NCBI GenBank assembly: GCA_963724855.1 | Contig: CAVRWH010000008.1 | Span: forward strand, 1,360-65,359 | Length of the DNA: 64,000 nt | Direction: 5' to 3' | DNA from: an uncultured Acidobacteriaceae bacterium | Lineage (GTDB): Bacteria > Acidobacteriota > Terriglobia > Terriglobales > Acidobacteriaceae | Shown here: positions 46,068-55,128 of the stretch, one piece after another | How positions within the stretch are numbered: the stretch's first letter is position 1 | Layout: every line of letters begins with the position of its first letter | Notes under the pieces: model-generated | Databases searched by the model: none | Told to the model about the DNA's origin: nothing | What the model saw: only the letters and a program-made list of their open reading frames with translations | Made by a program: the position numbers and the translations under genes

Positions 46068-48815
46068 CTACCGCTCTCGTTTACGGGACGACAGCGGCAC
46101 ATCGAGCGTGCCGATCTGCTGCGAGGTGCGGTCCATCACGCCCAGACGTAGGTTGTAGGCGCCACGGGGCAGCGAAATCTCCTGTCGCGCCGGAACGCCC
46201 TGGTTCATCACCGTTTCGTAAGCCTTTTGCTGGATGGCCCCGTCGAGCGTGTCGGATGCGTGCGCCACCTCTTTGCCTTCCTTGTCATAAGCGATGGCCA
46301 TGCAGTCGAGCACGACGTGTTTCTTCTGGTCGGCCACATCCGTGAACGTCACCGAGTTGGGATTCACTACGTACACGATGCGCACGTCTTTGTTCTTGGC
46401 ATCGGGCGGAACCACCGTTGCAGTGAAGAACACCATGGTGGAGGGCGGCATGCCCGGCTGCAATGCGCCGCGCAGTGCGGCGGCCCCGACTTCGGGGGCG
46501 GGAGCCTTCTGGCCCGTGGAATAGTAGCCGCGGCGGTAGGCCAGCTTGGTGCCGGGCTGATCGATCTTCACGTCGATGCGGTGGAACGAGGTCTCGGGAT
46601 CGATCTTGTCAGGCGTGTACGCCAATGTGTAGTACGTGGACCCGTCATCGAGGCTGCGTTGCATGGCCCGCTTCAGATCATTGGTGCCCATGAAGGCCTC
46701 ACCGCCGGTCTGGTCGGCGACGTCCATCATGGTCTTGCGCTCGTCGGCGAAGGTAGCGGTCTGCTGACCCAGGAGGTTGCCGTAGTTCTGTGAGTTCTGG
46801 GCCTTGGTCCACTCGCCCGCGTCCGTGGCGCTGTCGGACACATCCACGCCGCGGCTCTGCAATCCGCGAACGTCCGTGGGGTACACGGCAATGCGCGACT
46901 TGGCGAGCAACGCGCCGGTCGTCGCCATGGACGACTGGAAATTCTTCGAGTTGCGCCAGGGCTGCGACTCATTCTTGGCGTTCGCCATGATTTGGATGGG
47001 AAATCCAGCCGAGAGCCAGATCAGGTTCTTGCGGCCGGGGTAGCCTGACACCGCCCGCGAAAGCGTCTCTAATGCCGCGAAAGTGAAGTTTGCACGATCG
47101 GCGATCCGGAAACTCTCCACGTCCTCTAACTGTTGCTGTCGTCCCGAATTGATCTGGTCAACCAGGGGATTGTCGGTGGTCGTGCCGGCGGGCGCGCTGG
47201 AGAGTAATTCGGAGGTGGCATTAGTGATTTGCCCTGCGTCGTGTTGCCGCTCAGCTTCCGTGGTCAACAAGTGTGAGTGCGCGGTCTGCAGGCTCTCGGC
47301 CGCCTTGAGGAGTTTTTCCGGTTCGTCGGTGAATCCCTGCACCATGATCAGACGGTTGGTCAGCAGGTACAGCGCTACCGGTTTACCCTTCGGAATCGTC
47401 CCCAGCAGTGCTAGCAGTTGCTTTCGGGCATAGGCCTGGTCGGTAGTCGGGGTGTTCAAGATATCGAACAGAATGATGGTCCAGCTCTCAGCCGTGGCGT
47501 CGTTGGGATGGTTCGAGTAGGTGTTGGGCGGCAGCTTCGGCGCAAGTTTGCTCGTGTCCTGCGCAGCGGCAAGCGGGGTGCCGGTGTGCGGCTCGAATAC
47601 GTGGACTTTCTGCGGCTTGCCATCCTGCAAAACAGTGAAGTCCGATTCCTTCAACCCGGGAATCGGCTTGCCTTGCTTGTCGGTGACCACGACGTCCACC
47701 TGCACCAGGCGGGTCGTGGCGCGGAATACTGGATTGCTGGGATTGGCTTCGGCGACCGTCGCCGGTGCGGATCCGGTATCCGCAGCAGTGGAGGCCGGTT
47801 TAACCTTGGACGAACTGTCCGGTACATTGGTCGCCGTTATACCCGAGGGCGATTGCGCCACGGCGGTGTTGCTGCCGCGCGTTCCCGGTGAGGCCGAAGC
47901 CGTCTGCGTTGCCGCCGCTTTGGAGTGGGTCATGAAATAGACCTTGTCCAGGTACAGCAGGTAAACGCACATCAGGTTGTAGGTGTCGGTATAGGCCTTG
48001 GGGTCGAGCGAGGTGCGCGAGAGACGGACCGGCTCCATTTTCGCTGGAGTCGTGATGACCGTATAAGACGGCGAGTGAATGACGAGAGAGGGAATGCCCG
48101 CCGCTTCAAATACCCGCGCCTCGGTGGCCGGAACGTCGTTGTTCAGTTTGGGTGGCTCGGGCAGTTTGAGGCTGCCCGCAGCTAACGGCAACACTTTGCT
48201 CAGCGTGGATGCTGGGTGTGCACTCGCCATCGAAAGCGACCGTCTTCCGGAACTGGAAATGCTCGATGTATCCGGCTCGGGGAAGGCGTAAGTTGCGGGA
48301 GTGCGGCCGACCTTGTCGATCTCGATCATGGCGTCGATCTGGGCGCGCTGCTCGTCATTCAGTTGCTTGAGGTACCACGTAGCTCCGGCCATGCTGTGTT
48401 CATGCCCGGCGAAAGCCACGAATATGAATGTCTGGTGGTGCGGCGCTGAGTTCAACGACTCCACCAGCAGGGGCAACATCACCGGCCCGCCCCAATCCAC
48501 CACGGACTCCTCGCCTTTCGCTTTCGAGTCGATTCGCGTGCCTACGACAATTGCGCCCGGATCGGCTCCGGGCACCATGCAGATCAAGTTGGGCAACTCT
48601 TCGTCCGGAACGGTCTGTTCCTGCAGCAGGTCCGGTGCGCAACCGGCGGCCTTGAACTGGGCGCGCAGAGTGTCGAGGCGCTCCTTGTCTGTGGCCGGGA
48701 CGGGTTCGAGCCGCTTCTCGATCACCGAGCGGTCCACCCGCATGTACGTGAGATTGTCGGCCAGGCAGACTGCTACTAGAGCGAAGAGCAGCAACAACTT
48801 AAGAAAACGAAACAA
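46068..48815 (-). CDS. exported M28-peptidase-like domain fused through an S/T/P-rich linker to a VWFA-related acidobacterial domain (TIGR03436-like)
   Basis: N-terminal third resembles M28 (IVVGTRIDS...VVDWGGPVMLPLLVESL...FIFVAFAGHEHSMAGATWY...IDAMIEIDKVG). The linker is rich in S/T/A/P. Then FRATTRLVQVDVVVTDKQGKPIPGLKESDFTVLQDGKPQKVHVFE and a VWA-like region (NLIWLSAGFP). The start is TTG, with signal peptide MFRFLKLLLLFALVAVCLA. Confidence 0.75.
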   Translation of the reverse strand: MFRFLKLLLLFALVAVCLADNLTYMRVDRSVIEKRLEPVPATDKERLDTLRAQFKAAGCAPDLLQEQTVPDEELPNLICMVPGADPGAIVVGTRIDSKAKGEESVVDWGGPVMLPLLVESLNSAPHHQTFIFVAFAGHEHSMAGATWYLKQLNDEQRAQIDAMIEIDKVGRTPATYAFPEPDTSSISSSGRRSLSMASAHPASTLSKVLPLAAGSLKLPEPPKLNNDVPATEARVFEAAGIPSLVIHSPSYTVITTPAKMEPVRLSRTSLDPKAYTDTYNLMCVYLLYLDKVYFMTHSKAAATQTASASPGTRGSNTAVAQSPSGITATNVPDSSSKVKPASTAADTGSAPATVAEANPSNPVFRATTRLVQVDVVVTDKQGKPIPGLKESDFTVLQDGKPQKVHVFEPHTGTPLAAAQDTSKLAPKLPPNTYSNHPNDATAESWTIILFDILNTPTTDQAYARKQLLALLGTIPKGKPVALYLLTNRLIMVQGFTDEPEKLLKAAESLQTAHSHLLTTEAERQHDAGQITNATSELLSSAPAGTTTDNPLVDQINSGRQQQLEDVESFRIADRANFTFAALETLSRAVSGYPGRKNLIWLSAGFPIQIMANAKNESQPWRNSKNFQSSMATTGALLAKSRIAVYPTDVRGLQSRGVDVSDSATDAGEWTKAQNSQNYGNLLGQQTATFADERKTMMDVADQTGGEAFMGTNDLKRAMQRSLDDGSTYYTLAYTPDKIDPETSFHRIDVKIDQPGTKLAYRRGYYSTGQKAPAPEVGAAALRGALQPGMPPSTMVFFTATVVPPDAKNKDVRIVYVVNPNSVTFTDVADQKKHVVLDCMAIAYDKEGKEVAHASDTLDGAIQQKAYETVMNQGVPARQEISLPRGAYNLRLGVMDRTSQQIGTLDVPLSSRKRER

Positions 48816-48934
48816 TGCAATGGACCTCGTGGGGAGAGCGGCTACTGCCGCATCTCTAGGCTAACACTTGAGGAAGTCAGGCGCGCCGGAGGCATCCCCG
48901 GCAGACTGCCCCTTGCATCAACCCAAGCTGCAGC

Positions 48935-49725
48935 TCAATGTAGCGCCGCGGTCGGACTCAATGCCGGAAGTACAACGCTTGCCGCACCAAGAATCGCGCC
49001 TGTGTTTGCGTCCTGCGCTAGTACCAACACCCGCAGGTCTTCCGGCTTCCAGTCCGGCCCTATGGGGTACCGCAACCGTCTTATCGAACTGTTCCGTTGG
49101 TTGTGTCTGCCGAGCGGATGTAACTCGCGGACCACCGCGTCGTGCTTCAGAACCCGTCCGCCATTTTCCCCGCCCTGGACGGTGGTGCTCAGGTTGTCTT
49201 CGGTCACCGCCAGAATCACTTGGAGTTTGGTCGTGGTCTTGGCGGCTACCGTGACTCGCACCTTATCGGATGAGACAAAACTGAGCGAGACGTTGGCCGG
49301 TTTTGGCGCGCGTCGCGGCTTCGGCGAGCAAACGCTGTACTCCGGCGGCATTCCCGCCGGAAGTCTGCAGGTGGCCGTCGATGACGATCTGTGGGGTGTA
49401 AGCCGTGGCGAGATGGAGCTGGCGAACATATTCGTATTGGCGCTCGGTGTAGGTCGGGAGCCGAGAACCGGTCCCGCCAACCCGGGCCGTTCCAGTACTC
49501 CACGTGCTCGCCCAGCAGAATTAGCTCAACGCCTTTGACCGTTGTCCGTTGTTTGGCGAGGGAACTCAGGAGAGCGTCAGCCGGCGGGCAGCTCGAGCAA
49601 CCCTCGGACGTGAATAGCTCGACTACGACGGGTTGTTGCGCGTAGCCCATCGGCGTCGAAACCGCAATCCAGGCTGCAATCAGCAGCAACGACGACACCG
49701 ACGGAAAATAGCTGAAATTCCGCAT
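48935..49725 (-). pseudogene. DUF1223-family exported thioredoxin-like protein; 2 apparent frameshifts
   Basis: VVELFTSEGCSSCPPAD and LLGEHVEYWNGPGWRDRFS lie in ORF 49246-49836. The middle section PTYTERQYEYVRQLHLATAYTPQIVIDGHLQTSGGN is in the third frame. The C-terminal section ANVSLSFVSSDKVRVTVAAK..LAVTEDNLSTTVQGGENGGRVLKHDAVVRE lies in ORF 48935-49480. Shifts are near 49445-49455 and 49290-49300. Confidence 0.75.
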
Positions 49726-50033
49726 GGAGTTTGAGGGATAGGATGTGTCGCGGCCCGGATTAGTTACAATACCCGGCTGCAAATGGTCGCCACGGTCGGT
49801 TCGATCGCGGGGCCTCCCGAGACGGCATTTCCGCACTGCCTCGGCGGCGGCGGCCGTGGTGATTCCTGATTTCGGAAAGTTGCATGAGCATGACGCGCGC
49901 GAAACGCGGCTCGCTACGCACCGGCGGCGCCGCCAACCACGGACGATGGCATGTTTGTGGTGTTATATAATTTAAAATGTTCCCGCCGCACCCGCGACCT
50001 GCGTCGCTTGAGCCCTACCACGAGAGTGAGTGA

Positions 50034-51195
50034 ATGGTATTGAACGCTGTAACCGCGATTCTTCTCGCCGTATCAGCCATCCCATTCATCTACTATCTGT
50101 TAGTGCTCTTTAGCGCCTGGCGGTTTTTTGGTAGCGCACCCGCTCAGACAGCCGCAACTTCCGTATTCACTCCCCCTGCCAGCATACTCAAGCCGGTCCG
50201 GGGCCTGGATCCCGAGGCCTACGAGAACTTCGCCAGTTACTGTAATCAGGATTACCCCGAGTACGAGGTGGTGTTCTGTCTTGGCGACAGGAGTGACCCT
50301 TCTCTCGCCGTAATCGAAAAGCTGCAGGTCGACTTATCCTGACTGCGCCATCCGCGTACTGTTTCGCACCAGTCAGGGCGCCCCGAACGACAAAGTCGCA
50401 AAGCTGGATCAACTGGTCAAAGATGCCCGCTACGAGTATCTGGTGATCAACGACAGCGATGTTCGAGTCACGCCAGACTACATGCGATCCGTGATTGCCC
50501 CGCTGGCCCGGCCCACAGTAGGCGCCGTGACCACGCTCTATGTTTCTGCCGAGGATAAGAGCGTTGTGGACGAGATCCAGACCGTGGGCATGATTTCCGA
50601 TCTCTACGCCGGCATCCTGGTCGCCCGTCAACTCGATGGCATCAAGTTCGCCTTGGGTGAGACCATCGTGACCACGCGCAGCATTCTGGCGCAATTCGGC
50701 GGTTACCAGGCTCTGGAAAACCGGCCCGCCGACGATCTGCTGGTGGGCCGCATGATCGCCGAATTGGGTTATGAGGTCGAGCTTCTACCGTATGCCGTAT
50801 TGACCGTTCCCGACTACCGGTCCATGCGAGAGCTCTTCTTGAAGCGCTTGCGTTGGATGGTGGTGATGCGTCACATGCGTCCGTGGGGACATCTGGGACT
50901 CATTTTCACGCTGGGCTTGCCATGGTCACTGGCTGCCGTCGCGATCCATCCCACGCCAGTCGTCGCCCTGGGCTATCTCGGAACCTATATCGTTCTGCGG
51001 GTCGCCATGTTGTGGGCGATCGGGATCCGCGGCCTCAAGCAGTCTTCGTTATGGAAGGTCATGTATCTGTTGCCGGTATGGGACGCCGTGGCGTTCGCCA
51101 TATGGGCCTCCAGTTTTCTGCAGAACAGCATTCGCTGGCGCGGCGACAGTTATCGCATCCGCAACGGACAGCTCGTCCCCGTGTCCGGCGAATAG
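50034..51195 (+). pseudogene. glycosyltransferase family 21-like (ceramide glucosyltransferase / HpnI-like); one apparent frameshift near 50331
   Basis: N-terminal TM, then PASILKPVRGLDPEAYENFASYCNQDYPEYEVVF. After removing one T at about 50331 it reads ..KLQVDYPDCAIRVLFRTSQGAPNDKVAKLDQLVKDARYEYLVINDSDVRV... (D-x-D region), and then the RLRWMVVMR motif and C-terminal TM helices. Confidence 0.7.
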
Positions 51196-51251
51196 CACTT
51201 CCGGCATCCGCCCGAGATCATCGAAGCAGGCCAAAGAATGAATCGGGATGT

Positions 51252-52061
51252 TCATGCGCCCTGCGTGCTGCTTCTCAAGCCGCCGCGACCGGCCGCAGGG
51301 CCGGATGGGCTTGCTAGGACGTCGGGCTTTGGCGACGGGACCTTCAATGCCACCAGAGATTCGGCGCTGCTGCTTCTAAATCGCAGCACCTTCGAGGATT
51401 GCCGCTGAAAAATCTCTTGCGCTCGCCGGTAGGTCTCGATGTCGGCTGCCCGATAACGTTCCACCGCCTTGCGAACGTCATGACTGATCTTGTAAACCCC
51501 GCCTTGCGTGTCGGGATTGACATTCAGAAAGCTATCGCCCTGGAGCTCGTAGCCGAACATTGAATTAAACAGTTCCACGCTTCTGTTGAACTGCTCTGAC
51601 AGTCCAACCATGGCAAAGTCATCGATGGACAGCGAACCGAGGTACTGCGATTGGTGGTCCCGGAAAGCGGCCCAAGCCAGGTAATCGTGCAGGCTCATCT
51701 TGGCTTGATGGAACTCCCTCTCCTCGGGATGGTCACGCTCGGGGTTTCGCAACAGGAAATAGTAATGCGAAAGTGCCTGTTGGTAGGGGTCGCGAAAGAA
51801 CGCGACGAAATCCTCGATCGGAAACATCCCCAAGTACTTGTCGGCGACGAAATGGCCGTGAATCACATCGTACTTTTCCATCAGCTCGTCGCGGCGGCTG
51901 CGCATCGCCAAGCTACGGGTGCGGCAGCGCTCTACGGCTTCGGGAATCTGGCATCCCGCCCAATCGCCGTAGTCCTTCATCATCCGGAGCTCATTGCTCT
52001 CTTGCAGGAGCAGGCGAAACGAGTTTCCTGCCGCCTTGGGGACGTGAATGGAAAGAATCAT
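51252..52061 (-). CDS. PAPS-dependent sulfotransferase (Sulfotransfer_2-like)
   Basis: 5'-phosphosulfate loop SIHVPKAAGNSF near the N-terminus. 3'-phosphate motif FFRDPYQQALSHYYF. About 60 aa of low-complexity C-terminal tail. Confidence 0.7.
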   Translation of the reverse strand: MILSIHVPKAAGNSFRLLLQESNELRMMKDYGDWAGCQIPEAVERCRTRSLAMRSRRDELMEKYDVIHGHFVADKYLGMFPIEDFVAFFRDPYQQALSHYYFLLRNPERDHPEEREFHQAKMSLHDYLAWAAFRDHQSQYLGSLSIDDFAMVGLSEQFNRSVELFNSMFGYELQGDSFLNVNPDTQGGVYKISHDVRKAVERYRAADIETYRRAQEIFQRQSSKVLRFRSSSAESLVALKVPSPKPDVLASPSGPAAGRGGLRSSTQGA

Positions 52062-52223
52062 TGAACCTGACCTGCTGAACTACGAACATCTATTAACATA
52101 ACTATCATCTCACGCTCTTCATTCTGGGGGCGGTCCGAGCCCCGCTTTTGCTCGCTTGTAACGCCGGGTAATCTCGAACTCGGTCGCGCTTTCGGCACGA
52201 AGCGTGCTTTGATAAAACGCACA

Positions 52224-54152
52224 TTACAAACAGTTTACCGTTGAGGTGGGGCTTCTGAAGCGTCGTTCCCAGGGCAGCGGCTGATTGCTCAGTAACGTCT
52301 TGCCACCGCTCGCCGCAACGATGTGCAAACGTTGACTTCCGACCAACGCTTCTAGATGCGGGACAGCATTTTCCCGCACAAATATATACTTCCGGCTGGG
52401 CAGGGACCAAAGTTCCCGAAACTGCTCATCGTTGAGAAATACATTGGGAGCTGCGGGCGCGTAGGCCCCGTAAACCAGGTTATCAACGCGTCCGTTGAGG
52501 AGCAGGGCGGGCCGATTCGTGTAAAAAAACACTGACGAAAACCAATAGTAGTGATGGTCGATGATCAACTCTCCGTCGGGGGAGCGCTCCAGCACCTGCA
52601 CCAGCGGTCGAGACGACAGTAGCGGGTCGAACTTCACCAAAGCCAGGCGGGCGGCTTGGAAGAACAAGACCATCATCAGTGCCGCGGCCAGAAACGCGCG
52701 CTCGCCTTTCTCGAAGGCAACACCCGCGGCGCCGATCAGAAACGCCAGGGCCGCCAGCAACAGCGGTATCGAAGATACGCGAACGACTGCACCGTAAGGT
52801 CTTCCATGTGGCCGAGCGAAAGAGTGTAGGCGCCCGGGTGCTGACTGAGAGCATGGGAGATGTCGCCCGGATCGGGGACGTGACGCACGGCGACCAGAAG
52901 CGCGATCGCGGCCAGTGCGGCAATCCCGCAGACGACTGCGAGTGCGCGGTTTCCATACGCTATCCAACGCTCGCCGGACGCCATGGCCGAGCCCAGCAAC
53001 AGCGCCATCGCCGGGTAAGCCGGCATTGAGTAATACTCCTGCGTCGTCGAAAAGGTGAAAAACACCAGAATGAACCCGATCCAGCACAGCGCCAGCAGTC
53101 TGGTGCGGCCGGCACGGTCGTCGGGCCGATACGAAAGCTTCAACGTCGCGGGGAAATATACGCTCCATGGAAACAGCCACGCCAGGTGAAATAGCCAGAA
53201 GTACAGTCGTGGAACGGTGTTGTAATCGCGCGGATAGCGCAGATTCAGGAAGCGCAGCAATTGCTCGTTGATGAAGAAAAACCACAGGAATCCGTGGTAC
53301 TCGCCCGGCGCGCTGTGCATCGTGAAGTCAAAGTAAGGTGGATTCCGCAGCGTCGCCAGCACGTGCCAAGGAGCGGCGATCAACAAAATGATGAGCGTAC
53401 CCGAAAATGGCCGCAGCCGCTTCCAGGTCTTCGCCACGAATAGCTGATGCGTCAGCGCCATGTAGATCAGCCCAGCGGCCACCGGAAACACCACGCCAAT
53501 CAGGCTTTTCCACAGCAGTCCCGCACCGAGGCTCGCGGCCAATACATAGGCCCACGCTTGCGGGTGCGGTTCCTCGTCGTCAAGCACTCGCAGGAATGCC
53601 CACATGGCCAGCGCGATGGTCGCCGTCAGCATTACATCGGGAATGAGCACGCGGGTAAACAGCCACAAGCCCGACACACGTCGCCATGCACAGCCCGGCA
53701 TAAAATCCAGCACGCTTGCCAAAGGCCCAGATGCCAAACGCTGCTGTCAGCCAGCACAGTGCGATGGCCGACAGTGCCATGGGTATGCGCGCCGCCCAGT
53801 CGTGCACGCCGAAAACCTTGTAGCTAATGGCGATCAACCAGTAAATCAGCGGCGGCTTCTCCAGATAGATGACACCATCCAACCGGGGCGTGACCCAGTC
53901 GCCCGAGGTGATCATGTTGCGCGCGATCTGCGCCTGCACCGCATCCACGTCATCCTGCAGAGAAGGCGGCGAAACCGCGCACGCCAGGTACACCGCCGCT
54001 GCGATCAGGATGATGGTGACGTACACTCCCCAATTGCCGTGGTCCGTGCGGAAAATCGTTCGGCCCAGCAGGTTACCGCGCGCGTCTGCCCCGGCTTTGT
54101 CGGCCCGGGCGGGAATCGAAGATCGAGGTTGAGTAGTGTCGAAAGACTTCAT
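52224..54152 (-). pseudogene. ArnT/PMT-like polyprenyl-phosphate-sugar-dependent glycosyltransferase (GT39/GT83-like); 2 apparent frameshifts
   Basis: Polytopic protein with the family-typical first periplasmic loop ([51 protein letters not shown]). It continues through ORF 52736-53737 (..[25 protein letters not shown]..) and ORF 52224-53285 (..PLLLAALAFLIGAAGVAF.. to the C-terminal soluble domain). Shifts are near 53660-53672 and 52765-52772. Confidence 0.75.
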
Positions 54153-54328
54153 CAGAGAGTTGCGGCGGATGACGAGCCGAAAAGCCTTATCGGCACGTCA
54201 CGGACGCGATACGCGATACCTCAAGTATAGCGGCGACCGCCGCGATTGTCCTCTGGCCGCGCTCGCCTGTTATAGCATGGAAGCATGGTTTGTCTTCACT
54301 TCCCGCACTCCGCGGGTGCAGGAGCCTG

Positions 54329-54745
54329 ATGGACTCTCACCGCCGGCTCCAAATCAAAACCTTCGCCATGATTTTGATCATGATTATCGCCGGCCCGATG
54401 GGCAACGTGATGCTCGGCAAGGGCATGCAAAGTGTTGGCGCCACCTCAGTCGCTTCGGCTTCAGATCTCTTTCACGTGGTAGGGCGTATCTTTGCCAATC
54501 CATCCATCTGGATGGGCGTCGCCTCGCTGCTTACGTTCTTCATCGCCAATATTCTGGTGCTTTCGTGGGCTGATTACAGCTTCGTGCAGCCTGCTTCCTC
54601 CATGGCGTATGGCGTGGTCGCAGTGCTCTCCATGTTGCTGCTGGGAGAATCGATTACCCCCCTGCGGTGGACGGGTATCGCCATCATCTGCCTCGGCGTG
54701 TTCATCGTCGGCCGGACCCATCCCCGGACCACGGAGCACAGGTAG
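54329..54745 (+). CDS. small 4-TM EamA/DMT half-transporter (ArnE/ArnF-like), first of a pair
   Basis: 138 aa with four hydrophobic helices and an EamA-like end (LLLGESITPLRWTGIAIICLGVFIV). ATG 54329 follows GGAG. Confidence 0.55.
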   Translation: MDSHRRLQIKTFAMILIMIIAGPMGNVMLGKGMQSVGATSVASASDLFHVVGRIFANPSIWMGVASLLTFFIANILVLSWADYSFVQPASSMAYGVVAVLSMLLLGESITPLRWTGIAIICLGVFIVGRTHPRTTEHR

Positions 54746-54747
54746 CC

Positions 54748-55122
54748 ATGTACAAAGTGATCTACTTCTTCCTGATCGTGGTGGCTGGAACTTTGGGGGA
54801 GCTTTGCGTCTCTCGCGCCATGAAGTCGGTTGGCGAGGTGCATGATTTTCGCCCCTCGGCCATCGTGAAAGTCATCGGCCGCGCCCTTCAGGTGAAGTGG
54901 ATGTGGATCGGGGTCGGCATGCTGACCCTGGCCTTCTTCTCGCTGCTTGCCGTGTTGTCGGTCGAGAAAGTCAGCTTCGTTGTGCCGGTGACGGCGTTAA
55001 GCTATGTGGCGGGGGCTCTGGGTGGCCGCTTCTTTCTCGGTGAGCGGATCTCCCTCAGCCGCTGGACTGGCATTGCGCTGGTTTGCATCGGAGTCACTCT
55101 GGTGTTCTTGGGAAAGGGATAA
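54748..55122 (+). CDS. small 4-TM EamA/DMT half-transporter (ArnE/ArnF-like), second of a pair
   Basis: 124 aa with four helices and an EamA-like end (FFLGERISLSRWTGIALVCIGVTLVF). The ATG lies 2 nt after the stop of the preceding paralog. Confidence 0.55.
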   Translation: MYKVIYFFLIVVAGTLGELCVSRAMKSVGEVHDFRPSAIVKVIGRALQVKWMWIGVGMLTLAFFSLLAVLSVEKVSFVVPVTALSYVAGALGGRFFLGERISLSRWTGIALVCIGVTLVFLGKG

Positions 55123-55128
55123 GCGTCC

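Noticed and set aside
49961-49971. An extended -10-like element TGTTATATAAT upstream of the GT21 gene.
   Set aside because: It is an isolated AT-rich hexamer with no -35 element at the proper spacing. That is too weak to report as a promoter feature.
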